Part shown: positions 61,291 through 64,000 of the stretch, in pieces
Layout: each line of letters begins with the position of its first letter
Position numbering within the stretch: the stretch's first letter is position 1
Assembly (NCBI GenBank): GCA_026770705.1
Contig: JANJGN010000027.1
Coordinates: 15,128,001 to 15,192,000 of the forward strand
DNA: 64,000 nt
Direction of reading: 5' to 3'
Source: Isurus oxyrinchus
Taxonomy: Eukaryota
Translations under genes and position numbers: made by a program
The notes under the pieces: generated by a model
Database searches by the model: none
What the model saw: only the letters and a program-made list of their open reading frames with translations
Told to the model about the DNA's origin: nothing

Positions 61291-63169
61291 GGCTCTCAGC
61301 CTCTTCTCTGTTTTCCTCTGCCTTGCCGTCTTGAATCGCAAAAGCAGACTGTTAACACCTGGGTCTCACAGAGTCAATGGGACTCCCAATGTCGAAATGA
61401 CCCAACGTTGCTCTGGTGGCATTGGACACCCACTTCTCTCAGGCCTCTGATAGGAGCAACTATCACCCCCTATGGCTGAGCTGGTGCTGCGCCTGTGCCA
61501 TTATGAAAATCACCTCACCACACTGGCACGCTGCTGCATGGGGTCGGTGCAGTGACAAAAATTTGGTTATTGCCAATCAGGAGAATTTTAAATACAATTT
61601 GAAAGAAAATAGATCTGCTGCCAGTGTACTTGAAGCTAACATTTCTCAAGGAGCCTGTCCATACATTCATCCTTTGGTGGCCTGCAGGGGGTTAACAATA
61701 GACTTTAAATAGGAAAAGAGGAAAGGAACACAAAGCCATTGGCCTTGATATTTACTGGGGCAGCGCTTACACTCGGAGGGAGAGGGGGAAGGGGTTCTGG
61801 TTTAGAAATCGGAAAATCCAGCTTTCCTCGAATGTCCGTGGATTTTTAATTCCTTTGGACTGATGTGCCTTTTCTTTCAGCAAGTTCCTCACCTGGAGAC
61901 CAACCCGATTGCTAGCCTTGTCTCCCTGTTGGGGGTGGGGAATTGCTGCAGGAGAGGCCACAGCCCAGGCGCGGGTAGGTTTCCTGCTGCACGAAGCAGA
62001 GATCACAGTGATGGGAGGGGGGGGTGTTTAGTGAGAAATCCGGATCAGAGCTGGGGGCACCAGTGAAAGATTAAAGGAGGCTTGGGAAGGGATTTCGGTG
62101 ATTATGAGGAGGTGGGGGTCTGATCGCTTGGGAGGTTAACAAGTGTACTTGGACTATTGTGGAAAACACTCCTGTTCCTGCAGATCTGGAAGCAGTGGTG
62201 TAAAGGCACTTACCTGTTCCATGCAGTGCCTGGTATATTGCTGTATTACCTGGAAATATCAGTAAAGAGCTAGGGACCAATTAGCTAGGAGCTAATTGTT
62301 ATGTGAAAATGTCCAGACGGCCACAGTTCACAGCTGCACTAGAGACTGGTGTGAAGTACAACAGAACCAGTTCAATCCGGGTCCTTCTTTGTACCAGACA
62401 GCATGGCAAAATCAAAGATAAAGAGTTTCTGATCTTTCCAAGCTTAAAACGTGATTATTAACAGTATCTGGGAACCACAAAAACAACAAGAACACATGGC
62501 ACAGTCCTTTCCCCACTTTAGCTCCTGAGTGTCCCTGGGCACAGGGAGCCCGACTGGGAATGTTAATACCCAAATGCAGATAAAATCTTACAGACAGAGC
62601 CTCATTAAAACATTTAAATGAGAGTCCCATCTCCAGGGAGCAGGTTGATTGCTCCCACATACCCCTCTGCCTCTGTTACACCTGGAAGTTTGAGGCAGGT
62701 TGGATTCAGGTTTGAGATTTTTTTACATTTTGATACTCACCCAACCCAAACGCACCCTGTTTTTGGAGGTTAAAATTCCCTCCATTGTTTTTCCATTCCC
62801 CCCCCCCCCCTGTTTTCCAGACTGCCTATAGAGTTAGCCCTTTTGTGGTTCAGGCTCGACAGACTTGTCTTGTCATTTTTGTATAGTTATATCTTACCCG
62901 CAAATGGGACAGGACATCAACTGGAGGCTCATGTTAGTAAAAGAAAAATTTGGCTTTTGCCAAATCTGCATGTGCCTATCCCTCAGGCAGAATCCTCAGG
63001 CTCTGATTTTCACAGGCTGTAAAACCTAAATTAAAAGTAGCAGAGGAAATAATTGTGGCCCAGGAAGCAATAAGTGTCCTACATAAAATGAGTTAAGATC
63101 TCTTAATCTAGTGTGTATTTGTCTGCTACTTCTAAACAGCCCTTAACCTGGATTAACCAATCTGACTCT

Positions 63170-63495
63170 GAGCAGGGTAATGCTCCCAGAGACTGGGGTT
63201 CGAATCCCACCACGGCAGGTGGTGAAATTTGAATTCAATTAAAAAAAGTCTAATGATGACCATGAAACTATTATCATAACAACCCACCTGGTTCACTAAT
63301 GTCCTTTAGGGAGGGAAACCTGCTGCCCTTACCTGGTCTGGCTTATGTGTCTATCCAGATCCCACAGCGATGTGGTTGACTCTTAAATGTCCTCTGAAAC
63401 GGCCTGGCAATCCACTCAGTCCTCAGGGGCAATTAGGGATGGGCAATAAATGCTGGCCTAGCCAGTGATGACCCAATCCCATAAAAATAATGAAA
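63170..63495 (+). mobile_element. HE1-type SINE
   Basis: B box ggttcgaatccc, HE1 core and tail. Confidence 0.9.
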
Positions 63496-64000
63496 GTTGC
63501 TTGGTAGAGTAGGGTGGAAGGAGCTTTATTCTGCATCTTGCTGGACTATATCTTACTTAGACATGTTTACTTTTGACATTGAGGTAGAAGTAACAGAAAA
63601 AAAATGATTGTTTTCTCATCTGTGAGCAGGTCCTGGGAACAGGTCAGGACAACATTTGTTAGTTTCTGAAAGATTGTCAGGTGGGTATGCTGACTCTTGG
63701 CTTAATTTAATGATAATACCCAACAATGCACCATGCCAACACTTCACTTTAAGAAAGAGAAAGCTTGCATTTTTTTAGCCCCTTCCTCATCCTCAGGATG
63801 TCTCAGAAGGCTTCCCAGCCAATCAGGTACCTGGTGGAAGCTCTCACAGGGAAAATAAGCTGCACTCTGGTACCTGTTGATCTAATCTTCAAAAGGACAG
63901 GCATGCCCATGATTCAGCAGTGCACTTTGTATTGCTGCCATACTGGTGCATTTGCCCTGTGGCTCTTGAAATATGCCAGCACATGTTACATGCTTATAGA

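Noticed and set aside
63181-63225. tRNA gene
   Set aside because: The B box belongs to the tRNA-derived head of an HE1 SINE; no cloverleaf
55949-64000. FUOM exons 5-6
   Set aside because: No segment encoding ERFxFYERAKKAFAVVATG or YGNLILxKG-like sequence found

Overview
Eukaryotic, repeat-rich DNA. The HE1-type SINEs, their partner HER1-type LINE and abundant CR1 LINEs point to a shark/elasmobranch genome. Most of the ORF track is noise or transposon debris. The one host gene I can reconstruct is FUOM (fucose mutarotase, FucU/RbsD family) on the + strand. Coding exons 1-4 are 5480-5564, 10334-10402, 19767-19837 and 55850-55948 (108 aa, all GT-AG, phases consistent). Intron 3 is 36 kb, and the last exons lie beyond the window. 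The introns contain CR1, HER1, L2, Tx1-like and Penelope retroelements, HE1, Deu-type and LF-type SINEs, and a full-length decayed Tigger/pogo transposon. They also contain two Harbinger elements with a spliced Myb/SANT gene and several palindromic MITE-like elements. The most notable non-obvious structures are: (i) two families of short Penelope-type units carrying minimal hammerhead ribozyme (HHR) motifs, including an inverted head-to-head pair and a copy split through stem II by a CR1 in a three-level nest; (ii) a 14-nt hairpin loop that is flipped between two copies of a palindromic element; (iii) a 57-bp templated insert copied from a Harbinger exon into a nearby CR1; (iv) a CTCF motif beside a 29-bp minisatellite. 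Repeat boundaries were read by eye and are approximate unless a TSD or TIR is quoted.
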